From positions 1-53,960 of IMG/VR virus record IMGVR_UViG_3300032214_001699: DNA of 53,960 nucleotides; one strand, 5' to 3'. The DNA is from a virus (taxonomy: Duplodnaviria > Caudoviricetes). Below the pieces are notes generated by a model, which saw only the letters and a list, made by a program, of their open reading frames with translations, searched no databases and was not told where the DNA came from. Position numbers and translations under genes: made by a program. Shown here in pieces: positions 1 to 9,654 of this stretch (the first letter of the stretch is position 1; each line of letters starts with the position of its first letter).

Positions 1-1807
1 AGGTTCCCTTGCAACTTTTGCAACCAAGATGATAGTATCTCTGATCGGACATATCCCACATAGATGAAAAATAACTGTTCTTTTCCTTTGGCGTTCCAAA
101 ATAAACCTGAACACCGGTACCAACTGATCCATACTTTGCAGCAGTTAAAATCTTTGTGGCATTACCTATTGATTGTGCAAACATGTCCTGACAATTGCTG
201 ACTACTATTCCTCCAAGATTTTTGCTAGTTTTTGATGTAGTTACAATAAAATTATGGTTATCCTCAACCTCAATATCATAAACGACTTCTTTGTAATCTA
301 ACTTTATTATTTTATCAACAGATGTGACGCTAGTTACAAGTTTTCCTTCATTCCATTTATATTTATCATTATCTTTATCAGTGTTTAGAATTTTATATGA
401 TATATTGTCATGAATATATGGAGAAATTAGTTCGGATAGCTTCTTGAAACCATCCTTATTGAAATATATTGAGTAATACTTCTTATCCTTTTTTTCGCCA
501 GAAAGATAAGACTTGTAGTGACAATTTATTCCAAGTGACTTAAATTTTTCAACAAACCTTTTCTGTGAATCTTCATCAAAAGAACATGTTGATAAACACG
601 CAGATCCAGATTCGCCCCATTTTTTAACGCTGCCATCATCCATAAACCATATGGCAATACCTCTTTCATCAAGGCTATCCAAAACCCATTGAGGGCAACT
701 AATCTTATTCTTTGGTAACGCTGAATTCAAGCCAAATAACTTGGTAGTAAATTTAATGGCTGGCTTTTTACTAAAGCCATTTTCTTCTATTGTAACAATA
801 TTAGAATCAAAGAATGATGCCTTCCACTTACAATAATTTGACTGTGATTTTCCATGAATCACGCTCATCCTATACTTTCCATTTCCACAGCTTGCAATAG
901 AGCCGTCGCCAAGAAATGAACCCAAAACTATTTGTAATTGATCAGAATTTAAATTTCTAACAAATGTTCTTGTGGCTGGGGAGGACACTATTAGACTTCC
1001 GATCGTGAGATTTTCCGCCATAATCCAGCCCTTAGTTGTTAAAAATTTATGATTTGGCGTACATCTAACTACCCTATTTCCAAGATGTAGTTCCAATAAG
1101 CTTCTCTCGCCTCTATTCCAAGCATTTTTAATCTTTTTAAATTCAAAGCACTTCAATTCTTCATTGTAACTCTTTACAAGTGGAAGTTGCTCACCTTTTA
1201 CAAATAGGTCAAAAACTCTTCCTATTTCTATTTTTCCAGAATCGGTTTCTATAAATGTGTTGTATGGAAAGCATTCATCAAAAAAGATGGCATCAACCGT
1301 CATACCGCGAATTCTATCCGCATCTTCACCAATACTATCAATCCACAAAGTGCCATTATTAAACTGCTTCATCGTTAAGTTGTCGGCAGCATTTGTTGAT
1401 TTTAATTTATTCTTTATTAAAAAATTATCTTTCGAAGTTCTGATCAAACTTTCTAGCTTATCTTGGGAAAATCTCTTGACGAAGTGCAAAGCAGGAAATG
1501 CATGCAGAACTTTCATGTTCTGGAACATTCCACCGTTCGTAAAGTAAAGATCTAGAGCGGCGGCCATCATAGTTGCACCAACCTGTCGTCCCTTTTTAAT
1601 AACGACAGGTTTTCCGTTTTTCTGAGTAGCTTGAAGGCCGATATACCTATAGATATCAACCATGAACTTCCAGCCATTACCAATAATTCGAAACTCTTCG
1701 CCATCAAGTCTCAAATTATTTTGTATAAAATAAGCAGGATCTAAATCAAGGAAGTTACTTTTTATATTATCGAATAACTCTTGTTCTTTCTTCTTTAACT
1801 CATTCAT
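1..1807 (-). CDS. Terminase large subunit (lambda GpA-like ATPase), intein-containing; runs off the left edge
   Basis: Not in the ORF track; translated by hand from ATG at 1807 (MNELKKKEQELFDNIKSNFLDLDPAYFIQNN...). Walker A-like KKGRQVGAT, Walker B RGMTVDAIFFDE; after the intein CQDMF...YFGTPK...SDQRYYHLGCKSC, matching the GpA-family pattern. Confidence 0.88.
   Translation of the reverse strand, partial: MNELKKKEQELFDNIKSNFLDLDPAYFIQNNLRLDGEEFRIIGNGWKFMVDIYRYIGLQATQKNGKPVVIKKGRQVGATMMAAALDLYFTNGGMFQNMKVLHAFPALHFVKRFSQDKLESLIRTSKDNFLIKNKLKSTNAADNLTMKQFNNGTLWIDSIGEDADRIRGMTVDAIFFDECFPYNTFIETDSGKIEIGRVFDLFVKGEQLPLVKSYNEELKCFEFKKIKNAWNRGERSLLELHLGNRVVRCTPNHKFLTTKGWIMAENLTIGSLIVSSPATRTFVRNLNSDQLQIVLGSFLGDGSIASCGNGKYRMSVIHGKSQSNYCKWKASFFDSNIVTIEENGFSKKPAIKFTTKLFGLNSALPKNKISCPQWVLDSLDERGIAIWFMDDGSVKKWGESGSACLSTCSFDEDSQKRFVEKFKSLGINCHYKSYLSGEKKDKKYYSIYFNKDGFKKLSELISPYIHDNISYKILNTDKDNDKYKWNEGKLVTSVTSVDKIIKLDYKEVVYDIEVEDNHNFIVTTSKTSKNLGGIVVSNCQDMFAQSIGNATKILTAAKYGSVGTGVQVYFGTPKEKNSYFSSMWDMSDQRYYHLGCKSCKGT
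194..1273 (-). mobile_element. Intein with LAGLIDADG homing endonuclease in TerL (360 aa)
   Basis: Begins CFPYNTFIETDSG directly after Walker B FFDE. Block B CTPNHKF; two LAGLIDADG-like motifs (VLGSFLGDGS, IAIWFMDDGS); ends VYDIEVEDNHNF...GGIVVSN|C. Splicing restores FFDE-CQD. Confidence 0.92.
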
Positions 1808-1819
1808 AAAGACATATTA

Positions 1820-2392
1820 CTACTTTTGAATTGGCATTGCGTGATTATAATAATCCGCAATATCGTCTCCTTGTACCGTATCTACATTTATTTTCTCATA
1901 AACCACAGGTTTATCAACTGATGGCATTTTTGACTTTATACTTTCGATATATCTTTTTAGTTTATCAAAGTCTATTTTAAGCTGATCTATATCTGAAAAG
2001 TTGTTGCGGCATCTTTCTATAGCGTTTAAATTATCAAGATGTGGCTCGCTACGAAGCATGTCAGAAATAAACTGCTTTATCTGATCTACCTTTTTAACTC
2101 TATCGCAAATACAAGATTCCGAATTTCCACAGGAACAAGCTGTGGCCGCAGTTTTACTATTAGACTCTTCTGAACCTTCTTTTACATTAATGAAGGTTTC
2201 AAATCCAACTCTGCTCATAATGTCTTTCATCTTGTCTTCAATTGTGGCGAACTTCTCATTTTTTAAGAAAACACCGGGAGGTGGAGGGGGAGCTACATTC
2301 GCAACTTTTGGCAAATTTCTAGAGAAATCATCCAGCCAATCTACTGTGATTTTATATCTCTCAACTTCATTTGTTCTTGTTATTCTTTTCAT
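1820..2392 (-). CDS. Hypothetical protein (possible virion protein, K-x-A motifs)
   Basis: 190-aa ORF in the tightly packed minus-strand cluster; motifs PKVAN, EKFAT, SKTAA; short Cys cluster CSCGNSESCIC. Confidence 0.7.
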   Translation of the reverse strand: MKRITRTNEVERYKITVDWLDDFSRNLPKVANVAPPPPPGVFLKNEKFATIEDKMKDIMSRVGFETFINVKEGSEESNSKTAATACSCGNSESCICDRVKKVDQIKQFISDMLRSEPHLDNLNAIERCRNNFSDIDQLKIDFDKLKRYIESIKSKMPSVDKPVVYEKINVDTVQGDDIADYYNHAMPIQK

Positions 2393-2407
2393 TTTATTTC
2401 CAAATTT

Positions 2408-3301
2408 TTATGAGAAATAATTCTTTATAAACTCAATACCGTAGTTTTCTTCTTTTGATTTGCTTGAATCCTGCGAGAAAGTACCGCGATCTTTAAATAT
2501 TGGGAACCCGCTATCCATTACGACCTGCATTATTGAGAGCTCGTCTCTTTCATTCAAATCGTACTTCTTTTTAAGAAATTCAAATACTTCTTCAAAAGGC
2601 TTTCCGCCTGCAACAACTGAGTTGATTAATATTCCAGAAATTGCGCGTTCAAAGGGGGTAACTACAACTCTTAGTTTTGGAGAAAATGCTTTCTTTTCCA
2701 TAGCTTCATTTTCAATCATTCTATCATAAACCATCTCTATATCTTCTTCCATTCCTTCGAAAGCTTCCTTCTCAATGCTGGCGCTCTTCTTCATGTCCTT
2801 AAGGCCGGATTTTAGTTTTGTTAGATGATCCTTGAGAACAATCAAATCCTTCATGATTGAAACTCTAACCTCCTCAAGTCTAACAACGTCAAGAACGTCC
2901 TCCATATCTTTCTTTATTGCGGAAGATATTTCTTTATTGATACCGTCGAGAAATCTTATGGCTCTTTCGCAACCAAGGGTGCTTTTACCATCGTGTGCAG
3001 GAATGCCTCCGGGATACATAGATTCGACATATTTCATAAAGCTTTTTACATTCTTGTTGTCTTTCCAGTCTTTTACGAAATCCATCGGAAGTTCTTCAGG
3101 CACTGACTCATGATCATCTGCCGAATTTACAAGAGCATCGCTACCGGGAATCTTCTCTTCAAATACAACCTGCTCAACTTTCACTGGATTTGAAGAGGAG
3201 GGATCTTCCACGTAAGATACCTGGGAGACGTGCATCTCTGGCTCTGAAGGATTATGAACTTCTTCTGAGAAGGCCACAACATAAAAATTATTATCTTTCA
3301 T
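2408..3301 (-). CDS. Hypothetical protein (possible virion protein)
   Basis: 297-aa ORF with GGAG RBS upstream; motifs KKSAS, EKEAF, EKKAF. Confidence 0.75.
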   Translation of the reverse strand: MKDNNFYVVAFSEEVHNPSEPEMHVSQVSYVEDPSSSNPVKVEQVVFEEKIPGSDALVNSADDHESVPEELPMDFVKDWKDNKNVKSFMKYVESMYPGGIPAHDGKSTLGCERAIRFLDGINKEISSAIKKDMEDVLDVVRLEEVRVSIMKDLIVLKDHLTKLKSGLKDMKKSASIEKEAFEGMEEDIEMVYDRMIENEAMEKKAFSPKLRVVVTPFERAISGILINSVVAGGKPFEEVFEFLKKKYDLNERDELSIMQVVMDSGFPIFKDRGTFSQDSSKSKEENYGIEFIKNYFS

Positions 3302-3313
3302 GAATTCTCCACT

Positions 3314-3712
3314 TTATGGTAAAAGACTGATAAGTCCATAATAAACTGTTCTAATATTGTCGTCGGCATAGTATGGCAACGGATATGAATGAGTTGGGTT
3401 TGATGTATTGCCAACATACATATGTGGGTATATTGGACTTCCATCTAAAGGTATATTTGCAGAGTTACTATTTGAAGTTGCTTCTCCAAATTTGCAGTCA
3501 ACAGATTTTTTCTTTTCTAAAATAAGATTTGCATAAGGGCATGCATTTCCTTCTTCAGAGTTTAAAACAAATATTCTTTGATTATACTCTTTATATGCCT
3601 CGGCATCTTCAGAGTTTAAAGGAATCATTTCGAAAACTGATTTGCCAACAGATTTGCAACCTCCAGGTATCTGGAGTCCAAATGGGCATGTTTTGATTTT
3701 TCCTCTTAGCAT
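3314..3712 (-). CDS. Hypothetical Cys-containing protein
   Basis: 132-aa ORF; CPFGL-x5-C ... CPY ... C pattern suggests metal binding. Confidence 0.7.
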   Translation of the reverse strand: MLRGKIKTCPFGLQIPGGCKSVGKSVFEMIPLNSEDAEAYKEYNQRIFVLNSEEGNACPYANLILEKKKSVDCKFGEATSNSNSANIPLDGSPIYPHMYVGNTSNPTHSYPLPYYADDNIRTVYYGLISLLP

Positions 3713-3757
3713 TTTTATAAATTACCAAAATATATTAATATATTGTTAAGATTTTCA

Positions 3758-4534
3758 TTATGACATATAGTCTAAAAGCAAGTCTTTTCGGATAATAAAA
3801 TCCTTGTATGGTCCGACGAGCGGTATCTTTTTATATAAGCCCATCTCTTTCACATAGAAGAATGTTTTTTCCGAATCAATCAACATCGCTTTGTTTATCT
3901 CTGATGTTTTAGAAAAATCATCAGAGTCAAGATCTTCTTTCTTTGCATAAATATTTTTAGAATAATCAATAATATCTTCATGAATACTAAAGTTCATCTT
4001 TACAGCAAGATGTATTGCTCTAAAGACCCTTCTTTCGTCATTACCAAGGGATATCTCGGGTGGACATGGAGTTCTGATTATTTTATTTTGAATATCCTTC
4101 AGACCCATACCAGTTGGATCATAAACCCTTTCTGAAAAGAAGTCTTGGTGCATACTATCTATTGTGAAATCTCTTGAAAACGATTCTCCATATTTAATCT
4201 TATCGGGGTGATTTTCTGCAACATAACCTAAAACATTAGAATAAACTATATTTGAGCTAAAATCATAGTTTTTTAAATTATCAAGCATTGATACATGTTT
4301 ATCTTTAAACATCTTGAATGTTTTATTTTTCTTTGAAGCAAAAAGAATTGATAGTCTAACACAATCATTTGACATAGTTGTTATGTCAAAATCTCTTATA
4401 GAGTCAAATGAAAGGCCAGAGCAATAGTCTCTTACGGAGCCACCGACAAGATATGGCTTATTTATAAAATATTTTCTATGAAGATCTACGAGAAGTGAGA
4501 AGTCTTCATAATTTTTTTTGTAAAAGTCGCCCAT
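3758..4534 (-). CDS. tRNA nucleotidyltransferase / poly(A) polymerase family (class II), short form
   Basis: Motif A YLVGGSVRD...RDFDI, motif B RDFTID, motif C YDPTGMGLKDI..KIIR, motif D NDERRVFRA. Confidence 0.88.
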   Translation of the reverse strand: MGDFYKKNYEDFSLLVDLHRKYFINKPYLVGGSVRDYCSGLSFDSIRDFDITTMSNDCVRLSILFASKKNKTFKMFKDKHVSMLDNLKNYDFSSNIVYSNVLGYVAENHPDKIKYGESFSRDFTIDSMHQDFFSERVYDPTGMGLKDIQNKIIRTPCPPEISLGNDERRVFRAIHLAVKMNFSIHEDIIDYSKNIYAKKEDLDSDDFSKTSEINKAMLIDSEKTFFYVKEMGLYKKIPLVGPYKDFIIRKDLLLDYMS

Positions 4535-4549
4535 ATCAATTCCTCAGAC

Positions 4550-6100
4550 TTATGCTGCCGGTGTTCCTGTAGGTACTGCTGGCTGCGCCGAAATTGGTGC
4601 TGTGGCTGTTGCGGCCGTTGCACCTGAAGCCGCAGAAGGCTCTGGCTCAGCAGCCCCATCCTGCGCCACTGCAGGCTCAACTTCCGTAGGTTGATTGCCT
4701 GCCGCCAACTCCATAATCGCTCGATTATTAGACAACATGCCCAACATCTTCGTAACTCTAACTAGAGCATAAGAATAAGAGTCGATGAGTTTGCTCTGAG
4801 CTTCAGACAGCTCAGGAAACATTGATGCAATACCTATCTTATCCAAGATTATATCGAATTCTGCCAAAAATCTTATAACCCTCCTATCAGATAACATTCC
4901 AGCGATTTGTTCGAGCTTCTTTGATGCATCATCAATATTTACTGAGGAGCTAATAACCTTATCATATTCGTTTGGCATTGGTCCAGGGATCGGAGTTACA
5001 TCCTTTATCATTTCCTCGCCAACCGTCTCATTTTGACGGTCCTGACTTCTTTTTTCTGCTGCAATTTCTTCTGGACTTTTTTCTGAAGTAGCTTCACTTG
5101 CCGGTGCCGCTACCACTTCGTTCGACCCTGGGGTAGGCTGCTGAGTTGCAGGGGCGGCAACAGTTGGGGAGGCGACTTCCTGGGCAAACTTTTTCAGTAT
5201 GTTTGCGCCATCAAGAAAGCCTATCTTTTGAAGTTGATTTGCAGTTCCGAATGATATATCCGAAGCAGTAGAGTGCAATCTAACTTTCCCAATCTGAACA
5301 TCGAGTTTGTGCAAGATCTCTGAGATTTGCTCATACTTATCTGGATCAACAAAATCTTCACTTTCTTTCAAGATTTTATCCATCCTTCTCCAAGCAGTGT
5401 TGAATTTCTTCTTCCATGTTTTATAAGAAGTTTTCATCTCAGCCTTATCTCTGGCGTCGTTGACAGAACTTTCAAAGGTGTGTGAGCTGCTCAGAGCATT
5501 TCCATAGTCGCGATCGCCACTGTAAGCATCTGTTCCATTCATTGGTAGGTAAAGTGATGATTGTTTTTTCATTTGCCCAATTCCATTTTCATTGCTATAT
5601 TTTTTATTATTACCATCATTATAATATTTTACCCATCTCTTAAATTTCATTCTTTCTTCTGGATCTTTTATTTTTAACGATGCCCTATCCAAAGATTCCG
5701 GGTAAGAGTACTTTCCCTCATAAAAATTCGAATAAATTTCTTTTACCAGTCCAGACCAAGCAACTAAATCATACTGTTTTTGATATATTTCAAAGATCTT
5801 ATCTCCGGATATGTTCGGATAAGCAACTTTTTTCATATCTGCATTTTCATCAGATGCTTTTGCCATATATAATTGAGAAAAAATTAAATGGTAGTAATCA
5901 GCGATTGTCTTGTAATTTTTGCGATCCCCACTATTATCACAGCTCTTCTTGATGATTTCTCGATCTTTAACGCCAAGCAGGTCTGCGGCAAGTTTTACTT
6001 TTGCAAAAAAAGAGTGATCTTCTTCGCTTTTTATTCCATATGTCTCTAGATTTATAAGTTCTTCATCTAGAAATTTGTTAAAATCATCTTTCATTTTCAT
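4550..6100 (-). CDS. Hypothetical protein (possible virion/internal head protein)
   Basis: 516-aa ORF with Ala/Pro/Thr-rich linkers and tail; motifs KLAAD, KKVAY, KKFAQ. Confidence 0.8.
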   Translation of the reverse strand: MKMKDDFNKFLDEELINLETYGIKSEEDHSFFAKVKLAADLLGVKDREIIKKSCDNSGDRKNYKTIADYYHLIFSQLYMAKASDENADMKKVAYPNISGDKIFEIYQKQYDLVAWSGLVKEIYSNFYEGKYSYPESLDRASLKIKDPEERMKFKRWVKYYNDGNNKKYSNENGIGQMKKQSSLYLPMNGTDAYSGDRDYGNALSSSHTFESSVNDARDKAEMKTSYKTWKKKFNTAWRRMDKILKESEDFVDPDKYEQISEILHKLDVQIGKVRLHSTASDISFGTANQLQKIGFLDGANILKKFAQEVASPTVAAPATQQPTPGSNEVVAAPASEATSEKSPEEIAAEKRSQDRQNETVGEEMIKDVTPIPGPMPNEYDKVISSSVNIDDASKKLEQIAGMLSDRRVIRFLAEFDIILDKIGIASMFPELSEAQSKLIDSYSYALVRVTKMLGMLSNNRAIMELAAGNQPTEVEPAVAQDGAAEPEPSAASGATAATATAPISAQPAVPTGTPAA

Positions 6101-6329
6101 CTATCTTATTTTTTAAACCACTAAGATCTTTTAAAAACTGATCGACATGAGCCATCTTATATTCTTCAAGTTTTGAGTTTCTTTTCTGATTATTCAATTG
6201 CTCAGAAATATTATCTATAATTAATTTTAAAATATGATCGGCTGGCTCTTTACCGGATTCTGTGTTACCCTTAATCCATTCTTTAAAATCAAAAATAGTT
6301 TTGATATTTTCTGCCCTTATTTTTTTCAT
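6084..6329 (-). CDS. Hypothetical protein
   Basis: 81-aa ORF overlapping both neighbours (translational coupling). Confidence 0.65.
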   Translation of the reverse strand: MKKIRAENIKTIFDFKEWIKGNTESGKEPADHILKLIIDNISEQLNNQKRNSKLEEYKMAHVDQFLKDLSGLKNKIDENER

Positions 6330-7027
6330 TAAATATTCTCGCTACTAACATCTATCAAATAATTATTATATTCTGGCGAGTCGTAATTTAATTGCTGCAT
6401 TCTTTTGTTTAATTTTTCCATAAAAATCAAGATCATGGATGGATCCATTTCTCTTATCAGGTCTAGCATGACCTCCTTTAATATCTTTACCTGAGAGTCT
6501 ACAACCTGAACGCTGATATTATGCTCTATCTTTGTGTCAGCAACGCCTTCGACATACTTTTTCCAATCCTGCATGATAGCTCTCATAGCATTGAGATACT
6601 CTAGAAAAACTTTATCATGCTTAGTACTTCCGCCCGCCATTATTGCATTGAAATAAAATTCAAGTCTGGATGATATTAGCTTCTCCATTTCCAAGAGTTT
6701 TCTGGAAACATCTATTTCGTTTGAAACAATCTCATCTAATTTTTTCTGATATTCGGAAGAGTTGACAACTGCTAATCGAGCCTCATGAGAAGCGGACTCT
6801 TCCTCGTTCATCTTCCGTCTGTTTTTTATATCCTCTAAGAGGTCCCCTTTTATATCTAGATGTTTAGATCTAAAAGTTTGAAGACTCATATATGATATAT
6901 GATATCTTTTGTTCTTAGGATATTTTGTTTTAAGCCACGTCTCTATATGTTTAACTGAGTCGCCATTTAAAAGTTTCTTTATAATCTCTTCTTTGTCAGG
7001 ATGTCTGGATACTTTATTCTCAATCAT
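6329..7027 (-). CDS. Hypothetical protein, N-terminal HTH-like region plus coiled coil (possibly terminase small subunit)
   Basis: Likely start ATG at 7027 (MIENKVSRHPDKEEIIKKLL...). An HTH-like start followed by long helices, a few kb upstream of TerL; the TerS call is only inference. Confidence 0.6.
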   Translation of the reverse strand: MIENKVSRHPDKEEIIKKLLNGDSVKHIETWLKTKYPKNKRYHISYMSLQTFRSKHLDIKGDLLEDIKNRRKMNEEESASHEARLAVVNSSEYQKKLDEIVSNEIDVSRKLLEMEKLISSRLEFYFNAIMAGGSTKHDKVFLEYLNAMRAIMQDWKKYVEGVADTKIEHNISVQVVDSQVKILKEVMLDLIREMDPSMILIFMEKLNKRMQQLNYDSPEYNNYLIDVSSENI

Positions 7028-7037
7028 TGACTCTTCC

Positions 7038-7070
7038 AAAAAAAATAGGAGGTTAGTTACCTCCTATTTT
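7038..7070 (-). terminator. Rho-independent terminator-like hairpin
   Basis: Perfect 12-bp stem AAAATAGGAGGT/ACCTCCTATTTT (7042-7053/7059-7070) running into a T-tract on the minus strand. Confidence 0.7.
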
Positions 7071-7089
7071 ACTTTAACTTATATTAAAT

Positions 7090-7494
7090 TTAGTAACCAA
7101 CTTTCGTTTGTAACGAAACGCTCCCACCTGGTACTACAGAGCCGTCTTCTCTTTTGAATCCTTGGGAGTAATCATATACTTTTCCGGTTATTGGATCTGC
7201 AACTACACCATCAGAAACTCTTATTGCGCCCTGCCCAGGTCTATCTGGAGAAGATCTTGTGGATAGTGGTCCAATAGTTTCTGGTTTTTTTACTTTTACG
7301 GCAGGCTGATTTTCTCCTGGGGTTGGATAAAGCGAAGAACCTGATGGAAGGTCGAGGTCCTTCTTTTTGATTGCATCCTCTCTCGTCCCATAGTTAGTGA
7401 CTACTGGATTCGGAGTCTGAAGAAAGCCAGAAGGCTCTATCTGAGAAACCTTATAAATTCCAGCAATCTTAAAAAGCCTTGCATCTCTTTTCAT
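7090..7494 (-). CDS. Hypothetical protein (possible virion protein)
   Basis: 134-aa ORF with AGGA RBS; FKIAG motif. Confidence 0.7.
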   Translation of the reverse strand: MKRDARLFKIAGIYKVSQIEPSGFLQTPNPVVTNYGTREDAIKKKDLDLPSGSSLYPTPGENQPAVKVKKPETIGPLSTRSSPDRPGQGAIRVSDGVVADPITGKVYDYSQGFKREDGSVVPGGSVSLQTKVGY

Positions 7495-7505
7495 TTTATA
7501 TCCTA

Positions 7506-9065
7506 CTAGTTAAAGAAAATCTTGCTTGTGGTAAACCCAACACCATCTAGAGTCTCTAAACTTTCAGCTCTAGATCTATGTTTTGGAACTGGCTTTCCAT
7601 TTTTATCAAAGTCTATCTTGCTTAATGGAAGCCCTAGCTTTGGACAATACAACTCTATAGAATTTGCCGTCTTGATCAGATCGCCTCTTCTTAAAGCTTC
7701 TTTCACAAGTGAATCATCAGATGATTTTGATGCATTCTTAATCAAAACCTGAAAGTCGCTGAGGGCGATCTTAAATCTCTCTGGACCAAATTTATCGCTA
7801 ATGATTGTTAGGGCATCTTCGGCAAGCTTATAATCAGAGATTGCAACTGCTGCGGCTATTTTGTCAAATAGCTGAGAATAAGAGAGCTTATTCAGCTCAT
7901 CAGAATCTCTGAAGAATGGTGCGCTCTTCTCGGATATGACGCCGGCTTCTTTTGTGAAGGTCTGAAAACCGGATACAGAGAAGTCATAAGACTTTTTGCC
8001 CAGAGTGTAGAATCTGGATGGCATATTTACAACGTCTCCAGAAACTTCGACCGGAACAACAACTTCCTCGTATCCAGATGTAGTTGGTATTCTGGCGGAA
8101 AAGGCTAACCTGTTCTTTTCGGAAGATGCTAATTTAACCTGTGGTCCAAAAGCACCTATTGAGGTAAGCTCTGAAGAAACAATTGCGGAAGCTCTCTTAA
8201 TCAGGTGTCCTGGTAGGCCAGAGGCAGAGGCAGTTAGAACCTCCTCGACATCAATCATATCCTTTATGGCCGAAGGAACTACTGGGCTATAATCTGATAC
8301 GCGATAAGATGCTCTCTGCTCTTCGAAGTCATTTCTTGCAGATGCCTTCTTGTTTATGGACTGAGACTTAAGTTCAACGAGCAGGGCTTCTTTTGTAATT
8401 GGCTCTAAAGAATCGCCAGCGATAAAAGATTTTGGTGGAGTTACTATGCCGTTTGAAATTTGAACTGGGATTTTTACAGATGACGTTGTAAAATCTGAAT
8501 TTTTGTATGAAGCGCTGCAAAGAATGAAGTGCTCATTTCCACCGACGATATCAATGGATGCTGGGGATAGATTGACAGATGAAAGTTCCAGAGATGTTAA
8601 TCTCTCGGCCTTCTTGATTAGATTTTTATCGTATGTTCCAAATGATTTATCTGCACCTAGAGAGAATATTCTGGAGAATGCATTTACTGTATCGCTATCC
8701 TCAGACAATGATACGGGCGCTCTTTCATCAGAGGCTCTCTTAGAGTGGCTGGCTTTTTCGGATGGCTTTAGTGCGGCAAAGCCATCAGGGAGCAAATCAT
8801 TTAGCTCATATCTGAAGGCAGAATTACCATTAGAAAATCCATACATTTTATTGTAAAGATCGGCAATCTCCTTCTGAGAGATCATGGGCTGCTTGCTAGC
8901 AACCTTAGTCAGAACATCTCTCATGTTACCTATAAGCTGGTCGGAAGGATTGGTCTGAGAGGAGGATTCTAGTCTATTTACAACGTATGAAGTTGGAAAG
9001 CTTTTTCCGTTATCAATCTTATCTAGAGCACTCTTCGCTGCTTTTATTATTTTAGATAATGACAT
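7506..9065 (-). CDS. Hypothetical virion-like protein with an internal duplicated domain
   Basis: 519-aa ORF; two ~66-aa homologous units (aa ~148-214 and ~287-352); about 10 K-x-A motifs. Confidence 0.8.
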   Translation of the reverse strand: MSLSKIIKAAKSALDKIDNGKSFPTSYVVNRLESSSQTNPSDQLIGNMRDVLTKVASKQPMISQKEIADLYNKMYGFSNGNSAFRYELNDLLPDGFAALKPSEKASHSKRASDERAPVSLSEDSDTVNAFSRIFSLGADKSFGTYDKNLIKKAERLTSLELSSVNLSPASIDIVGGNEHFILCSASYKNSDFTTSSVKIPVQISNGIVTPPKSFIAGDSLEPITKEALLVELKSQSINKKASARNDFEEQRASYRVSDYSPVVPSAIKDMIDVEEVLTASASGLPGHLIKRASAIVSSELTSIGAFGPQVKLASSEKNRLAFSARIPTTSGYEEVVVPVEVSGDVVNMPSRFYTLGKKSYDFSVSGFQTFTKEAGVISEKSAPFFRDSDELNKLSYSQLFDKIAAAVAISDYKLAEDALTIISDKFGPERFKIALSDFQVLIKNASKSSDDSLVKEALRRGDLIKTANSIELYCPKLGLPLSKIDFDKNGKPVPKHRSRAESLETLDGVGFTTSKIFFN

Positions 9066-9072
9066 TTTTCAC

Positions 9073-9561
9073 CTAGATATATTTTTTTAGTTCTGGAAAC
9101 GTGTTAGCGAGGGATTGCTTTTTTGTAACTGGCTGCTCAGAAAATATCTCTTTGACGAAATTTTCGTCAGAGCCTGCTTTATCTAAGATTGCCGACTTGA
9201 AAATAGAAATATCCTCCGTGGAGAACCCGAAGTCCTCCGAGGAGAATCTGTGTATTGGGATATTTTTATAAGCAAGGGTTACATTACAGTTGTCGTAATC
9301 TGACGCTACAACCCAATCTCCAGAAGTTTTATAGTCAAATTTTGGATCCGAGGCTCTAACTAAAAATTTCTTTCCATCGATTTCGGATAAATTCCAAAGA
9401 CCGTCGTAAGGATTGTATGGGCTGTTCGTAATCCTTACGACTCCAAAGGCAACCTTTTCAAAGCCAATATCGTCAGTTACCTCAATAATAGTTTTATCAT
9501 TAAGGTCCCTGGATTGTTTTTGTAATAAATTTACTAAAATATTGTCAAGATTGCTTGACAT
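9073..9561 (-). CDS. Hypothetical protein
   Basis: 162-aa ORF with AGGAG RBS; FEKVAF motif. Confidence 0.75.
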   Translation of the reverse strand: MSSNLDNILVNLLQKQSRDLNDKTIIEVTDDIGFEKVAFGVVRITNSPYNPYDGLWNLSEIDGKKFLVRASDPKFDYKTSGDWVVASDYDNCNVTLAYKNIPIHRFSSEDFGFSTEDISIFKSAILDKAGSDENFVKEIFSEQPVTKKQSLANTFPELKKYI

Positions 9562-9654
9562 AAACTTCTCCTAGGTAAACAAAAATCTATTTATTAATAG
9601 AACTAATATCTATTGCTTGCTTATAAATAGATTTGAGAATTAATGTCATTATAT

